Below are positions 1 through 13,302 of a stretch of 64,000 nt of DNA, in pieces. The stretch's first letter is position 1; each line of letters opens with the position of its first letter. The notes under the pieces are model-generated. The model saw nothing but the letters and a program-made list of their open reading frames with translations, was not told where the DNA came from and made no database searches. Source of the DNA: Setoptus koraiensis (taxonomy: Eukaryota > Animalia > Arthropoda); assembly GCA_048013815.1 (NCBI GenBank), contig CM106585.1, positions 3,472,001 through 3,536,000 of the forward strand, written 5' to 3'. Position numbers and translations under genes: made by a program.

Positions 1-167
1 AAACTCGCCCTGTCAGCCGCTGATAACCGGCCACCGTCGGGCGCCATCTAGCGCATCGGCGGTGGGCCCCTGAAACAGCGAGCCTGACGATCGGCGGGCC
101 CAATAATCAATATTGGCTCGTATTACCGCGTGCTGTGAGCCCACTGCTCACTTTTGTGGCTCGCCTC

Positions 168-251
168 GGCACATTGACGGCACACGGACGACACACCGAC
201 GGCACACCGACGGCACACGGACGACACACCGACGGCACATTGACGGCGCAC
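168..251. repeat. 11-bp tandem array (GACGGCACACC-like), about 7 units
   Basis: Units at 176, 187, 198, 209, 220, 231 and 242. Positions 176-208 and 209-241 form a near-identical 33-bp higher-order pair. Confidence 0.9.
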
Positions 252-469
252 CTAGCTGCCAACGACGACAACAACACGCTATATTCAATATAGGCAGCCA
301 TAAAGACTTGATTAGTGCGTTGCGTAATGTCATTTGAATAACATTCTTTGTCGCCAGTCTCGGCTTCTTTCTGCCGCTTGGCCCGTTCGCTCAATTTGCC
401 GCTGTCATTGCGTGTATTTGGGGCCCCTGCAACTGTGCCCATGCCCAGACTGTGCCCAGTTAGCAGAGT

Positions 470-517
470 GGTTAGCAGAGTCTGGTTGCTGGAGTCTGGT
501 TAGCAGGGTCTGGTTAG
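470..517. repeat. 14-bp tandem array (GGTTAGCAGAGTCT-like)
   Basis: Three degenerate units plus a partial fourth, read directly. Confidence 0.8.
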
Positions 518-3159
518 ATGTGGCGCCATCACGCATTGGCACTCGGACATATATTTGCGAGGGGGCGCTGTTTATGCGTTGTGTTGCCTGTCGCCTGTGT
601 ATTAACATGAACCAGCCATAAGCCACGCCAGTGATTTTACCTTGACGAAAGTTGTTGCTTCAAATTAAATCTCTCAACGCTCAGCTTTCAACGTAATACC
701 AATAATCATAATAACAGTGCCCAAACCCAGACTGGCGACCAGACACGTAAACACAATAAGCGCAACTTTAATGTGCTTACCCGCTCGCTCGCTGGCCTAT
801 CGCTGGCCTGTCGCTGGCCGGCTTGTTGGCGGGGGCCCGCCATTGCAAGCCAGATACTATTTTTACTAACAAATTCAGAGCACGAATCAAGATGTACTTT
901 TTCTCGCTTCGCACGGTGCTGTATGGTCGCTGTATGGTGCGTATGTTGTTGCGTACATTGGGGCGCCGTTGTTGCGCCGGTTGTTACTCGTGTTTCCGTG
1001 TGTCTGTTTGCTGGCCAGTGTTTGCTTGTTTGTGTGGCGCTGCTTGCTTGGGCCTTTTGGGGCCAGGGGGCGTCTTGTTGCTGGATGGAGTGGAGTAAGT
1101 CGCCGCTAATGCACCCACTAATACTAATACTGTCATTATTGACTCTAATGGGTTTTGCCCAATAATGCTCAACGGCGCAACAGCAACAACAGCAACAACG
1201 GCCGCACCAGCGAGCCGCGTTGCTGTTGTTGCACGAGCACGCGAGCCAACAACAACCAACAACAACCAAACTCAATTGTATCCACGTGTTTTTTCTTGGC
1301 GCCCTCTTGGCTCGCTGCAAACCATTGACCGGCGCTGGCGATTCAACGCCGCTCATCCAATGCCGCCCATTCGAAGCTGCCCATTCGATAGAGAATATAT
1401 ATATAAAGGCCATTCGGTAGGTTAGTCAATAAGTGCCAATTGGGTTGTTGCGCCGCCAGTGACAGCACTATCGAGATGAGGCCAGAAAGGTCTGGCTGAC
1501 AGTTTGCAGGGCGCCCAGTGACACAATAACAATGCGCAGTAATGATTATGATAAGTGGTCAGCGGCGCTAACAAATAGCCAACTTTGCCATTCCGCTCAC
1601 ACGACCCATTGCTCTGGCTGGTGCGACCGGTTCAACTGGTTTTACTGCTGCGGCGGCGGCGGCGGCATAAATGTGCTGGCGCATTGTGTAAAATCATTTC
1701 ACTAGAATCATTTCACTAGAATCATTGCAGTCATAGAATGTGTCTGTTTGTGTTGTGATTTCGCTGTGGGCCCGTTGCTCACAAACTGGCGCACAGAGAC
1801 TCTGCGCCAGAGTGACTTGCACGCCAATTACTGGTGCTTAAATTATGCTAAATTGAGTTCATCGGGCCACTTACTCTGGGCGCCGAGTTATTACTGCGCG
1901 CCAGTACAGAAGTGTAAGACGCTCGCCGGGGCCCAACAACCGGCGCAACTTGGCCGACTGTTGCAAAATGCGAGCAACTGCTAGAAAATGTGTGCAAATT
2001 GCGCTCACTTTGTCCGTCAATTGGCTGGCGTTTGGCCGGCGCAGCGAGCCGCGATGCCAGTGGCAAGCCAATGATGTATTGCGAGAGCTGCATGAGAGCG
2101 AGCAGCTATTGACAGTCATTAGAGATTAGACAGACAGACGTATCAGTGGTATCAGTGGCATCAGCGGTACCATTGGTAATATTACATAATATCACATATT
2201 ACATATTAAATATTGCGCTCGCAATGACACAATGATTTCCAGCTCAGCGAGCAAAGAGCAAACGCAGTTCAACTAATCAACTAATGAATTGACTCGCCAT
2301 TCATTGGCGCATAGGGGCGCTTGTGCCAAATTGAATTGCTGCAAACAGATTGCAGCAAACACCAATTGCATTAATGGTTGTCACTGGCTCGCATTGGCGC
2401 TGTTGCGTTCGCGTCGCGTTCGAGTGGCGTTCGAATTGTGTGCGAATTTTGGCTCGAATTGTGTGTCAATTCGAACGACTCATCCCAACTCGAACCAATT
2501 CAAACTCACAATGCAACGATGCAACAATGCGGCGATACTTTCAGTCGGCTATTGAGCGAATTTTTATTTCTCTCGCTCTCATTCATGTGTCATCAAAGTG
2601 GATCGATGCAAGCAAACGTGCGACAAACATTTTACAGTCTAATCTGAATAATGATTCCGCTCACACTCGCCACATTCGGGCCAGCGCCATCTCTCGGTGG
2701 CCCGTCCGCTTCGTTGGGGTCGCCGCCGAAGGCTTGCCAATGGCAACTTTGGCCATGACAACAACAGAGCCAACAATAATGAGCAACAACAATGGGCAAC
2801 AATGGCGCCAACTAGGTGCCGATAGGACGACCTGCACAGTTGGGCACAGTTACCGGTGGGCACAGTCAACGGCGGGCACAGTCAACAGTGCACGGACAGT
2901 GGGCAGTGTTTGGGCCCGTGCACTGTGACAATAGGTGCTCACTAGATTTAACCATTTAATTATTGCATTATTACTATTATTATTGTTATACAATAATAAG
3001 CGTCGGCCAGCCATATGGCAAGCCGGCCAGTGTTTGTCGGTGTGCGCGTTCGTTTGTTTGTGCGTGTGTGTGTGTGCCCTCGCTGACCGTAAATGTCCAC
3101 CTAATTGGGCGACCTGCAACCTTTGCGCACTGACCGTTGGCCGTGTCGGCACCCACAGC

Positions 3160-3262
3160 AACAGCAACGACGGCAACAACGGCAACAACGGCAACGACGG
3201 CAACAACGGCAACAACGGCAACAACAGCGACAACGGCAACGGCGACAACGGCAACAGCAAGG
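3160..3262. repeat. (GGCAACAAC)n / CAA-derived 9-bp minisatellite
   Basis: Direct reading. It produces the spurious NGN, TAT and VAV ORFs. Confidence 0.85.
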
Positions 3263-3991
3263 CTAAAAACAACAACGACTAAATACATCAAGCGTTCAAC
3301 TGTCGCCGTTGTTTGTATAGGCGCCAGTCATCATCTAGTCAGCGTGAGCCATACTTTTTGTGCTTACTCGCTCTAATAATGACCGTTAGATGATTGCCGT
3401 TGGATTACGGTACGCTTATTGCATAACGCGCGCTGCACACGGACGAGCTAAACGGCCAAATGGTTGCTGGTTAGACCGGTTGGCGTTGCAAGTTGCAACA
3501 CAGTTCACACAAAGCGGGCCAGGCATCAAAGATACTCTCACACACACACACACACACTGGCCACAGTTACACTGACTGGTCAGTACAAGATCCCCCATTG
3601 GCTAATAACAATAGTGTTTATTCAAATTAGCGCCACGTAGCTCGTGCCGGGCACCAGCTCATTACCGTTCACTCATTTAGTCGCTTGGCTAGCTCTCTTT
3701 ACTCTTTTTGCTATCACAATTTTCCTTGGCGGCTCCTCAATTGTAACAGCACACACAATTGTGTGTAACTGTACGATTGTGTAACCACTAACGCCATTAT
3801 TTGAGCCAACTGAGTGAGGCCAGCTGCCGGCCAGCGCGCCAACTAAACAGGTTAGCATTGAGCAGGTTAGTTGGGCGCCAGTGCACACACACTGAAACGA
3901 ACTGGAGCGCTTAGCCAGTGGGCCCAAGCACACACATTCGGTATCGGCGCAATCATTTGTTCATTATTTAATCGTTTGTGTGCGACCTCGA

Positions 3992-3993
<2 letters not shown>

Positions 3994-4036
<43 letters not shown>

Positions 4037-4060
4037 TGAGTGTGTGTGTGTGTGTGTGTG
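3994..4060. repeat. (GT)n microsatellite
   Basis: Long GT run with a GAGTGA interruption. Confidence 0.95.
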
Positions 4061-5550
4061 CGCGCGCGAGTGTATGGGGCCCCAAAATAATATATAGCGC
4101 CGCTGTGACTACAGATAACTAGCTTGCCATTCAGTGTTAGTCTTGATTGGCTTCTTTGTGTGCTCGTTGTGTGTGTGTGTGCGTGTGTGTGTGTGCGTGT
4201 GTGTTGTGCGCACCTATTAACAACTGTCTGTTGTTGCTGGCAACGGCAACAACAGCAACAACAACGACAACAACAACAACAACGGCAGAGGCAGAGGCAG
4301 AGGCGCCACAACAACCGGTTGTGTGTAAATGGCAGCAGACGTTATATGTTATATAACGTTGGTCGTATAAAAAGTATGTGTCAGTTTATGATGGCAACAA
4401 CAACGTATACCACTCATTGCTAGTGGCGTACGTATACGCCAACGCGACCAAAAACTTGGTCGCTGTTGCAACATTGCACCGTTACTGCTGCGTCTAACAC
4501 TGTTAGACTAACAGTGTGTGTGTGTGTGTGACGCAACAGCAATTAGTCACATCATAACGGTCATCTCTCACAAACAGTGCCCATGCACAACACATCGACA
4601 CACTGGCCGGCTGACTGGCGGGCTGGCTGGCTGGTCCCAGACCAACGAAATTCTGTTGCATTGTTTGGGGCCAGCGCGCGAGCGCCCAACAAAGGAGAGA
4701 ACGAAAAGAGAGGCCAACAATAGAAGCCGGATTTTCGTTGGCTCGTTCGCTCGATTGTTGGTTGGCCGGCTGGTTGGTTGGGGCCGTCGGCTGAGCCGCT
4801 CGTTGAGTCGCTCGTTGATGGTCATTGGCGATTGCAGTTCACCCCAAACATGATTAAACTGTCCAACGCCAACAACGACGCCAACAACAACGCCAACAAC
4901 AGCGCCCAACGACAACAGCGACAACAACAACAACAACAACAAGCAACAGCAACTCGAGACGTGGCCGGCCAAGAGACTCTTGCGTCCGCGTTGGCGTGTC
5001 GATGAAGAGCGAGAATTAATATATGTAGCCAGCTAGTTACCCGACAACAACAAAATCATTGAGTGAAAGAGACAGCCAGCCAGCCAGCAGTCAGCCGGTC
5101 GCGCAACAACAATGACAACAGGCCCGCTCACGCCGTTACCTAATAAACGTGCCTGCTAACACAATTTGTGTGCTCTTGTCAGTGATACCGGCGCCGGTGC
5201 TGTCAATGACTAGTCGGCAGCAACAACAACAACAACAACAACAATCCAAGCCACGGGCCCAAAAAGAGAGATGCCTCTATTCTGTTCCTGCCGGCCAGGC
5301 TTGGCGCGCTGCCGGCCGGGGTACTGCAAATACCGCTGTGGGTGTCGGGCCAGAGTGGGCCCACTCTGCCGGCCGGTCGGTCGAGTGGGCCGGTGTTGGC
5401 CGGTGGCCAATGTTGCATAACTAAACTGGCGCACTAAACTCATCTCAGCGACTCGTGAGACGGGGCAAAAGCGCTGCGAGAGTGAGCATTAGTTAGCGCA
5501 CTGGCACCGTTATTATTGCGTCACTGCCAACCTTGCGTCACTTTGCTCTG

Positions 5551-5552
<2 letters not shown>

Positions 5553-5601
<49 letters not shown>
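5553..5601. repeat. (GT)n microsatellite
   Basis: Uninterrupted GT run. Confidence 0.95.
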
Positions 5602-5602
<1 letters not shown>

Positions 5603-6210
5603 CAGCCACACAAAGTTGCGTCAGCCAAACAAAGTTGCCCAAATGAGGGCGCCAGCGGTGCGAGAGTCAGCCAGCCAGAGGAGCCACGACACCAGCAGCA
5701 GCAGCATCAACTTGAACTGAATATATAAGAGATGCGACAGCCTCGGATAAGCAGTTACGCGCGGCCAGTTGGGGCCGGCAGTCGGGCAGCGACGGCAGCG
5801 CCAGTGGCGCCGTCAATGGCGCTAGGTGAGCAGTTTGGGGCCAATTGTGCCAGTTTGTGGCAAACGTACATGTCGCTGTCCATTGGCGCACAACTTTTCT
5901 GGGCGCCATTCCCGTTGGCGGTCAACGGTTAGCTTTGGCTTTTGTGCCGCTGGCCGGAGCGCATTACGTAACGACCAGCGTCCGATCGTAGACGCAAGAT
6001 AACAGGTTATGGATGGTCTGGTGCGGGGGCCTATCTCGGCTGTGTCATCTCTGTTTGGTGGCTGCCAGCAACTGGGCTGCCAGTTTGGCGCGCAAAGTCG
6101 CCGATCATCATCATCAGCGCCAGCCAGAGCCACCAATTCGCCCGCCAGCCTTGGCCAGCGAGCCTTTGTCGAAGGCCAAATATCCCGGCCGCGTCATTGG
6201 ATAAATCGCA

Positions 6211-6284
6211 GGCTGTCGCTGGATATCGCTGGATATCGTCGGATATCGCTGGCTGTCGCTGGATATCGTCGGATGTCGCTGGCT
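6211..6284. repeat. 10-bp tandem array (GGATATCGCT-like), 7 units
   Basis: Units ggctgtcgct, ggatatcgct and ggatatcgtc fall in exact 10-bp register. Confidence 0.9.
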
Positions 6285-7080
6285 TCGGTGCCGGCGATAT
6301 CCAATATACAAGTACAAGATTTGGCCCGTTGTTGTCGTCGTCGTTGTATCGGTGCGCGTAGCGAACAAATCACGTTGGCGCCCCATAATAGTCGCCTGCA
6401 CTCGCAATCGATATACTAACTAGTCGAGAGAGAGAGAGAGTGCCGGCAAAAAACATGATCCATCTTGTTGTTATTCTCTTCATTTGTGCGCGCCTTATCG
6501 GGGCCGCGCCATCTCGCCCGGCGCCAGTTTATCGCAGGTTATCTCATTGACTTCTCCACGGCTCCACTCACTGTATCGGCGGGCCCCATCCGACTGGCCC
6601 ATGTAGCGGGGGCCCCGCTTTGAGTCGGACAGAGCGATAATGCAATTGCGTGTGTGCACTTGACGCGCGTATATTGATATTGGTCGCACCGTGCGTATCT
6701 ATATATATACGCATATACACTTATACACACTTATACGTGTCGCTGTGGTGCCATACTGCTGTGGCGCCCTGTATGCGCGTGCTAATTATCAAATGAATTG
6801 TCGACACCAAAGTGGCATAGGTAGCGCCATCGGTGCGGCTCAGGCGGGCAGCTGTCGCTTGTCGGAAGTAGTTGCGTAACTTTTGCTTACAGCGAGCCCA
6901 AAACAAATCAAAGTTGCGAGAGTGTCAATTGGCGCACAAGTTGCGAAACGCGCCGCGCGGCGCGGCGCCGGCCAGCAACTGTCTAGCTAAGCTGTCTAAT
7001 TAAAAACTCATTAGTCACAGCGTCAGTGTTAGCCCGCCCGCTGCAACTGGAACCGGCCCAATGTTGCCCGCTGTGGCCCG

Positions 7081-7126
7081 ACGTGGCTCGCTGCAACTCG
7101 ATGTGGCTCGATGTGGCTCGATGTGG
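7081..7126. repeat. 10-bp tandem array (ATGTGGCTCG-like)
   Basis: Four to five units read directly. Confidence 0.8.
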
Positions 7127-7746
7127 GCCTATGGGGGCCCCAGCAGCACGGGCAAAGTTGGCGCCCAGGGCAATTAGTTGGCTGGTTGCGTTGCGTTGCG
7201 TTAGTTGTAGCACTGTTAAAAGTGGGCCCGGCACGAGCGAATAACGGGGCCCAATTGCAGTGGTATCACAATATATAGACAACGTGGTATAATATATAGA
7301 CAATGACAATATACATTCATGGGCCCGGCTGGCCTCGTTGGCTCGTGTTTGCAGCGGGTGAGCCCAGTGATTCGCCGGCGCCGATTCGCCAGTGGTGATG
7401 CTGCCATGCCCATGCCACTGCCAGACCCGTCGTGTTGCCAGAGCCGTCGTGTTGCCGTACCCGTGGCACTGGCACGGGCACTGCGGGCCCCCGCAATACG
7501 ATGGATGTGGCAGCCGCACAGTGTTGTGCCACACAGTGAGTCATAGGAAATTGGGCAAACGCGCTCGGAATGTTAATATTGACACTCTGGTATCCAAATG
7601 TCTATTTACTTTTCGCTACTACTTTTTAGCCCCCCTTCTCTGGCTATTTCTATCTCACTGAGCACACTGAGCCATTGTGCCGCCTTCTGGCCGCTATCAC
7701 CGTCAGCTAATATCCCCCACAGCCAGCCAAATATATAGCCAGATGC

Positions 7747-7837
7747 GAGGCCAAATGTGAGGCCAAATGTGAGGCCCGCCGCATATATCGCCGTATATAT
7801 AGCCGCATATATAGCCGCATGTATAGCCGTATATAGA
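7747..7837. repeat. Two adjacent 12-bp arrays (GAGGCCAAATGT x2.5; GCCGCATATATA x5)
   Basis: Direct reading. Confidence 0.85.
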
Positions 7838-9170
7838 GATGTGAGGGCCAGTGGAGAGTGAGCCGTGATTGCCGGCGAGTCAGCGCCAGATGCAAATAAG
7901 CCATCTATGCTGAATATTCTATAGGCGGACAGTCGGATATAAACACACTACAGCGCACAGTTGAGCGCCAATTGATATATATATATTTAATTTAAATAAG
8001 CGCCGGGCAAAGCCAGATATTGAGTTGGCCTTTGACTGGCGCGGCCAACTGTTCACACCGAACGCCACCATTAGACCCAGCCAACCTGAAGCGACCTGCC
8101 TACCCCCTCGGCCCCCAAAACACCGACTTGCGATATAAATATAAATATATATTGATAATTTGCAAGCAGTTATGTGATGCTGCACAGCACACACACACAC
8201 ACACAGTTATATAACGCGCCATGTTATATAATAACATGGCTGGCCCATATATCACGCTCACCATTCACGCAATGTGTGTGTGTGTGTGTGTGCGCGCGTT
8301 GCATGCTTGTCGTGTTTGCCGAGGCCCCCAAACTTTGGGCCCCCGAAGCATCCGTTCAAAAGTGGCGCCACATCGGCCGTGTGCGGCATTATTACATAAT
8401 ATGTACAACGAGCCTTGCGTACATATATTATCCGCCGGCCAGGGTCGCCATTTAAGTAGCGCCAAGCGGCAAGGCGCCTCGTGCGAGGGGGCCAACGAAG
8501 CGCGCCAGAGCGCAAGTGACAAATAAACAACTGTACAGCCAACTGTTTGTTTCGACTGTGTGCGTGTGTGTGTGATCCATCAAATCAATCGATCGATTGA
8601 TATTGCAGCTGGTCGCTGGGGCGCCACGACAGCAGCAGAAACAACAACGACAGCAACAACGACACCAACGACAACAACAGCAACGACAACAACGACAACA
8701 GCGACAACAACAACGACATGGAGATATTGCGCAAAGATGAGTGGCGGCGATCGAGGGAATCGCCAGTGAGAATTGTGTGCGATTAGAGGAGGCGATCGGT
8801 GGAAGTCGCAAGCGATCGCCAGGCTGCGCCAGATAAGTTGTCGGGCTGGCGAACGGGCTCAAGAGGCGCCAAAGAAGCGTGTGAGGCCACGGAAGAGAGT
8901 ACAGAGAAAAGAGGCGTCCGATGAGAACGACGACGGCGCGTTGGCATGAACAAACAAGGCGCGCGGAGGCACCGACGGGGCCAACGCACAATGATTATGG
9001 GTGCAAATGAGGTATCTGTTACTGCGATATATGCCTTGCGGTGCAGGGTATGATTGAGCGCAGGCACAACGAGTGCGGGACCCTCGGGCGAGCAACGGGC
9101 CAGTTAGTGATTGCACGGGAATTGATCGGGGCGACATGCGACCACTGTGTGACCAATGCGTGCCCGGTCC

Positions 9171-9290
9171 GGCCGGCTTTGGGCCGGTTTCTGTTGGTTC
9201 CTGTTGGTTTCTGTTGATTTCGGTTGATTTCTGTTGGTTTCGGCGGGTTTCGGCCGGTTTCGGTTGGTTTCGGCTGGTTTCGGCTGGTCG
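9171..9290. repeat. 10-bp tandem array (C[TG]GTTGGTTT-like), about 12 units
   Basis: Units stay in exact 10-bp register across 9171-9290. Confidence 0.9.
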
Positions 9291-9884
9291 GTGCAGCAGT
9301 GGAAATTGGCGAAATTGGGCCGCAGCAGAGGTAAAAAGCAAGAGGGAAAAGTATAATGAGTGAGTCAATATTTAGAATGGTCGCTGGCAATTATGGCTGC
9401 CGGTTTGTGACGGTCAGCAATTGGTCAGCAATTGGTGGATGTGGCGCGGATCGCGATGCAGCGCTGGCGATATTTGCGATGATAGATGAATTCGGGTGAC
9501 CTATGCGTTGCACGGTGCAAGAAGAGTGTGAAAGCGGACAAGAAAACAACAAGTCGCTTGTTTGTTTTTGCAGCATTCGCTCAACTGGTCGGCGGCATTA
9601 TACGATTATGCGATCACGGGTATATTTGCATGTTGTGTTCGTTGCAAACAATGTTGGCCATAACGAGCGCGAACAGACCGCAGCTAATTTAATCAAACAG
9701 CCGCCATTATATCATATTTCCGTCATATCATTACGCTCAGACACAACAAACAATGATCGCGGGCGCTTTTTACCCATGACCATGAAATTGTGCTCGCAAT
9801 CGCCGCTCGCAATCGCCGTCAATAGCCCGGTATCGACCGATATCATCGATATTATCGATATTATCGGCCAGCATCGGCCTCGAG

Positions 9885-9918
9885 TATTCGCCAGTGTTCG
9901 CCAGTGTTCGCCAGTGTC
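9885..9918. repeat. 10-bp tandem array (TGTTCGCCAG)
   Basis: Three or more units, preceded by a 9-bp ATCGATATT array at about 9837-9866. Confidence 0.8.
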
Positions 9919-10590
9919 GGCGACCGACTGGCATAAGACTGGCCGTGGGCACAAGACGACGCAACGGTGCATCACAATGCAATGAATAATTTCTCATTTG
10001 CGGGCATCAATCACCTCGGCCATTGATAGTTGCAGGCAATAAATGGGCTAATAGTGATAGTTGGATGGTCGCCGAGTCTCTGCGCCAGAGAAGCGTTCGC
10101 TGGGCCGAGCGAAGCCACGGCCGAGAGCAACAAATGCCAGCCAGTGCCAGCCAATGCCAGCAACGACTCACCTTTGACGGGCTAAGAGCAAAAATAAACA
10201 AAACAAAATATAAATGGCTTCTTCCTCTCGCTTGGCTGGCCCCATTGTCGGCCGCTCTCTGGGCCGCCGCGTCGGCCGCTCGCTCGGCCAGTGTCAGTGC
10301 CATCTCTCAGGTGCGCCGCGAACTTCTTTCTTGTTGGGCATAATTCCCGAGTATCACATACTCGGAGTATGTGAGCACAATGGCACAGTGCTGACTGGCA
10401 GCATTTGTGAGCTCAAGTCGGGCCAACAACAGCGAAAAGAACTCAGTTGAGAACTGCTCCGAGTTCTTTTTGTGAGCGCATGCAAACACAAACATCGGAC
10501 TGGTCGCTCGTCGCTCGTGTGAGAGATCTCTCTGTGTGCTGGAAGTGGCACGCAGAGGCCCAGGCGAAGGCAAATGGCAAACGGCACAAG

Positions 10591-10642
10591 CGGGTATATT
10601 TGGTTTTATTTGGTTGTGTTTGGTTGTGTTTGGTTATATTTG
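10591..10642. repeat. 10-bp tandem array (TGGTTGTGTT-like)
   Basis: Five degenerate units in register. Confidence 0.75.
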
Positions 10643-11585
10643 AATGCGCGCATTTGCTGGCGTGCGCTTGGCCCGCAAAGCGGCCCCTCGACTGCATTAG
10701 CGGACGAGCAACAGATGATAATGAGGTCTGTTCGCTGCATGAACTAACTTGGCCATTCGAAATCGAATGGCACATTCGGAACGCGAATCGCGCGGACAAT
10801 TCGGAGCAGATGTGGCCGCTAATGCAACATGATTAAGTTTGCACTGAGGATTACATTACAGTATCATCTTTTGGCCGGCCACAACACGCAAAGTCAACCG
10901 ATGTTGTTGTCGTTGTCGCTGTTGTTGTTGTCGCTGTTGTTGTCGTTGTCGGTGTTGTCGTTGTCGGTGTTGGTGCCGGCACAACAACAACAGCGCCGGC
11001 CAGAACATTCTCATAATTCTTATAATTCGCACAACAAACAGCAGCCAGTCAAAGCGAATTGCCCCTCGGACACAAACTGCAAACATTTGCCGCGGCCATT
11101 GAGGTCAGCGCACAACAGCTTCGGCGGTTGTCGCGTTGGTGGCTGTCGCTTCGGTCGCTTGGGTCGCTCTGGTCACCAGAGTCCGGTGGTTGTGCGCCGG
11201 CAACCGCCGAGAGTCAACAACTCTCGTAAAGCGCATCGATAGTATGGCATGTGTGTGGCCACAAAATGCGGTCTCCAAGCGGGGATAATTCGCCCATTGA
11301 GAGATAATGTTTGGCCGGATCGGTTGCGTTGAACGAACCACGTGAATGAACCGGCGGTGCACCAATGAATGGTTTCAATGGCACACACACACCAAATACC
11401 ATTATTGCTCGACTAGGTGACGCTCGTTTTCGTTGCGCCTCTCTCGCTAATCTAATCCGCCATCTGAGCGGCCCTTATCAGCTATCGACATGCGCCATCA
11501 TTGCATGTTGCTCAAAAAGGGGCCCCTCACCTCCGCCGCCAGCCGATACAGCCGCCCCTCTGTTCGGGCCCGACCAGCACCCCCG

Positions 11586-11640
11586 AATAGCAGCCCCCAA
11601 TAGCAGCCCCGAATAGCAGCCCCCAATAGCAGCCCGAATA
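11586..11640. repeat. 13-bp tandem array (AATAGCAGCCCC[CG])
   Basis: Four units read directly. Confidence 0.9.
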
Positions 11641-13192
11641 TAACCATGAATACAAATACGCGGTCCATATCATGGCGATCGCAGCGCCAGAGCAATAGAG
11701 CGTAGGTACGCGGATAGGCGAATAGGTGAATAAAGATTGGCCCGTAATCGTATGCAATTAATCATGGACATGTGAACATTGGTTCATTCAACGCTCCCCT
11801 TTCGCTTTAATCACTTGGCCCGCTCAGCGCGCATATCACTTGATCTGTTGCTGGGCCCCATTGATCCATCCACGCACAGTGTGGCCAACGAGCTGCCCTA
11901 ATGAGGCGCCAGATATCGCTGGTATGAGCGGTGCATAAATTGATCCGCAGCCCGCTACGAGGGGACCCGTCACGAGTACGTACCAGGCGATCGCAACCGA
12001 GACAAGCCAAGAGAGGCCAGCAATATAATTGTTGTGCCGCTATTTATTACGTTCCTTTATGCCGTGAATTATTCACGCTGAATCACGTGGTTGTGATGCC
12101 GCCATTGTCGATATATCACTGGCTGGATATTTCCACTGGCTGGCATCATTAGGCTTGCTCCAGTGGATGCTGCTGCATTATGCACTGCTTAATGTTGCTC
12201 GCCGGCGATACCATGACGTAACACAATCTGATAGACAATTCAATGAACTGTCTCTTTTGCCAGCCAGCACTCGCTCTTTTCGGGCTCGTCTTCGGGCTTC
12301 TTCTTGTGACTGTGCGTTCGCATATTTCGGGCTCGCACACAATGGCTTCTCTTTTTTACAAAGAATCGCCAATAAACAATGGACTTAAAATATTGTTATT
12401 CTGTTCCTTTGTATTGCTCTCTGCCTCTCTGCCTCTCTGACTCCCTGACTCTCCGACTCTCTGCCTGTCGCCGTCTCCCCGTGTCGCGTTCTTCGCTCGC
12501 ACGCTCTTTGCGGGCCCAAAAGGGGCCTTTGTGGGCCCCCGCGCGTTTGTCCGCCGCTCCGTCTCGTCGTGCTTCTTGGCGCTTGCTGCAGACGAGACGC
12601 CGCTCACCCATCCAGCCGCTCACCTATCCAGCCGATGGATCCAGCGGCTAGCTGGTGCTGGTTCGCTTCGATTCTGGTGCGGGTGCGGGTGCGGGCGCGG
12701 GTTTAAGTGTATCCATTAGTGTTTATGGTGTCTCGGCCGGCGCCAAACAATGGTATTAGCACGCTTAAGTGGCCAACAAACAAAACTGCCTGCCACACAA
12801 TAACGGCACCCATCGCAACAGGGCAAGAATACGTGCAAATAATCCATTAGATTTGCTTCATCTACTTCGATCTGATTTTGTCACATACGCACAAACTGTT
12901 TAGTGTCTCATTGGCCACTGCTGTTATGTATAACATATAATGTATAATGTATAACGCATAACGCAAAATAGTATACTACTTAAAATGATATTACCCCGGC
13001 TTGTTTTGTATGTGTCGCCAAAAAGCACTGATGGCAGCACAAATCTTAAGCTAGATTATCTATCATAACACCACACCGGCATTATATAATTTGTCTAGCT
13101 TGTTTATGTGACCACTGTTGCGTCACAAGCACGCCAGTTAGTGATCATGGGCACGTGATCGCGCACGTCGTGCGGCCCTCACCTTGGCTGCC

Positions 13193-13302
13193 ATACCGTC
13201 GCTATACCGTCACTGTACCGTTATTGTACCGTTATTGTAGCGTCGCTATACCTTCACTATACCGTTACTGTACCGTCACTATACCGTCACTGGACCGTTA
13301 CG
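13193..13302. repeat. 11-bp tandem array (ATACCGTCACT-like), about 10 units
   Basis: Units ataccgtcgct, ataccgtcact, gtaccgttatt and relatives in 11-bp register. Confidence 0.9.

Noticed and set aside
12178-12372. Basic stretch EEARRRARKER resembling a bZIP/bHLH basic region
   Set aside because: No zipper or helix-loop-helix follows and I found no convincing splice sites.
168-13302. Short tandem arrays as CRISPR-like loci
   Set aside because: Units are directly adjacent with no unique spacers, the context is eukaryotic and there are no cas genes.
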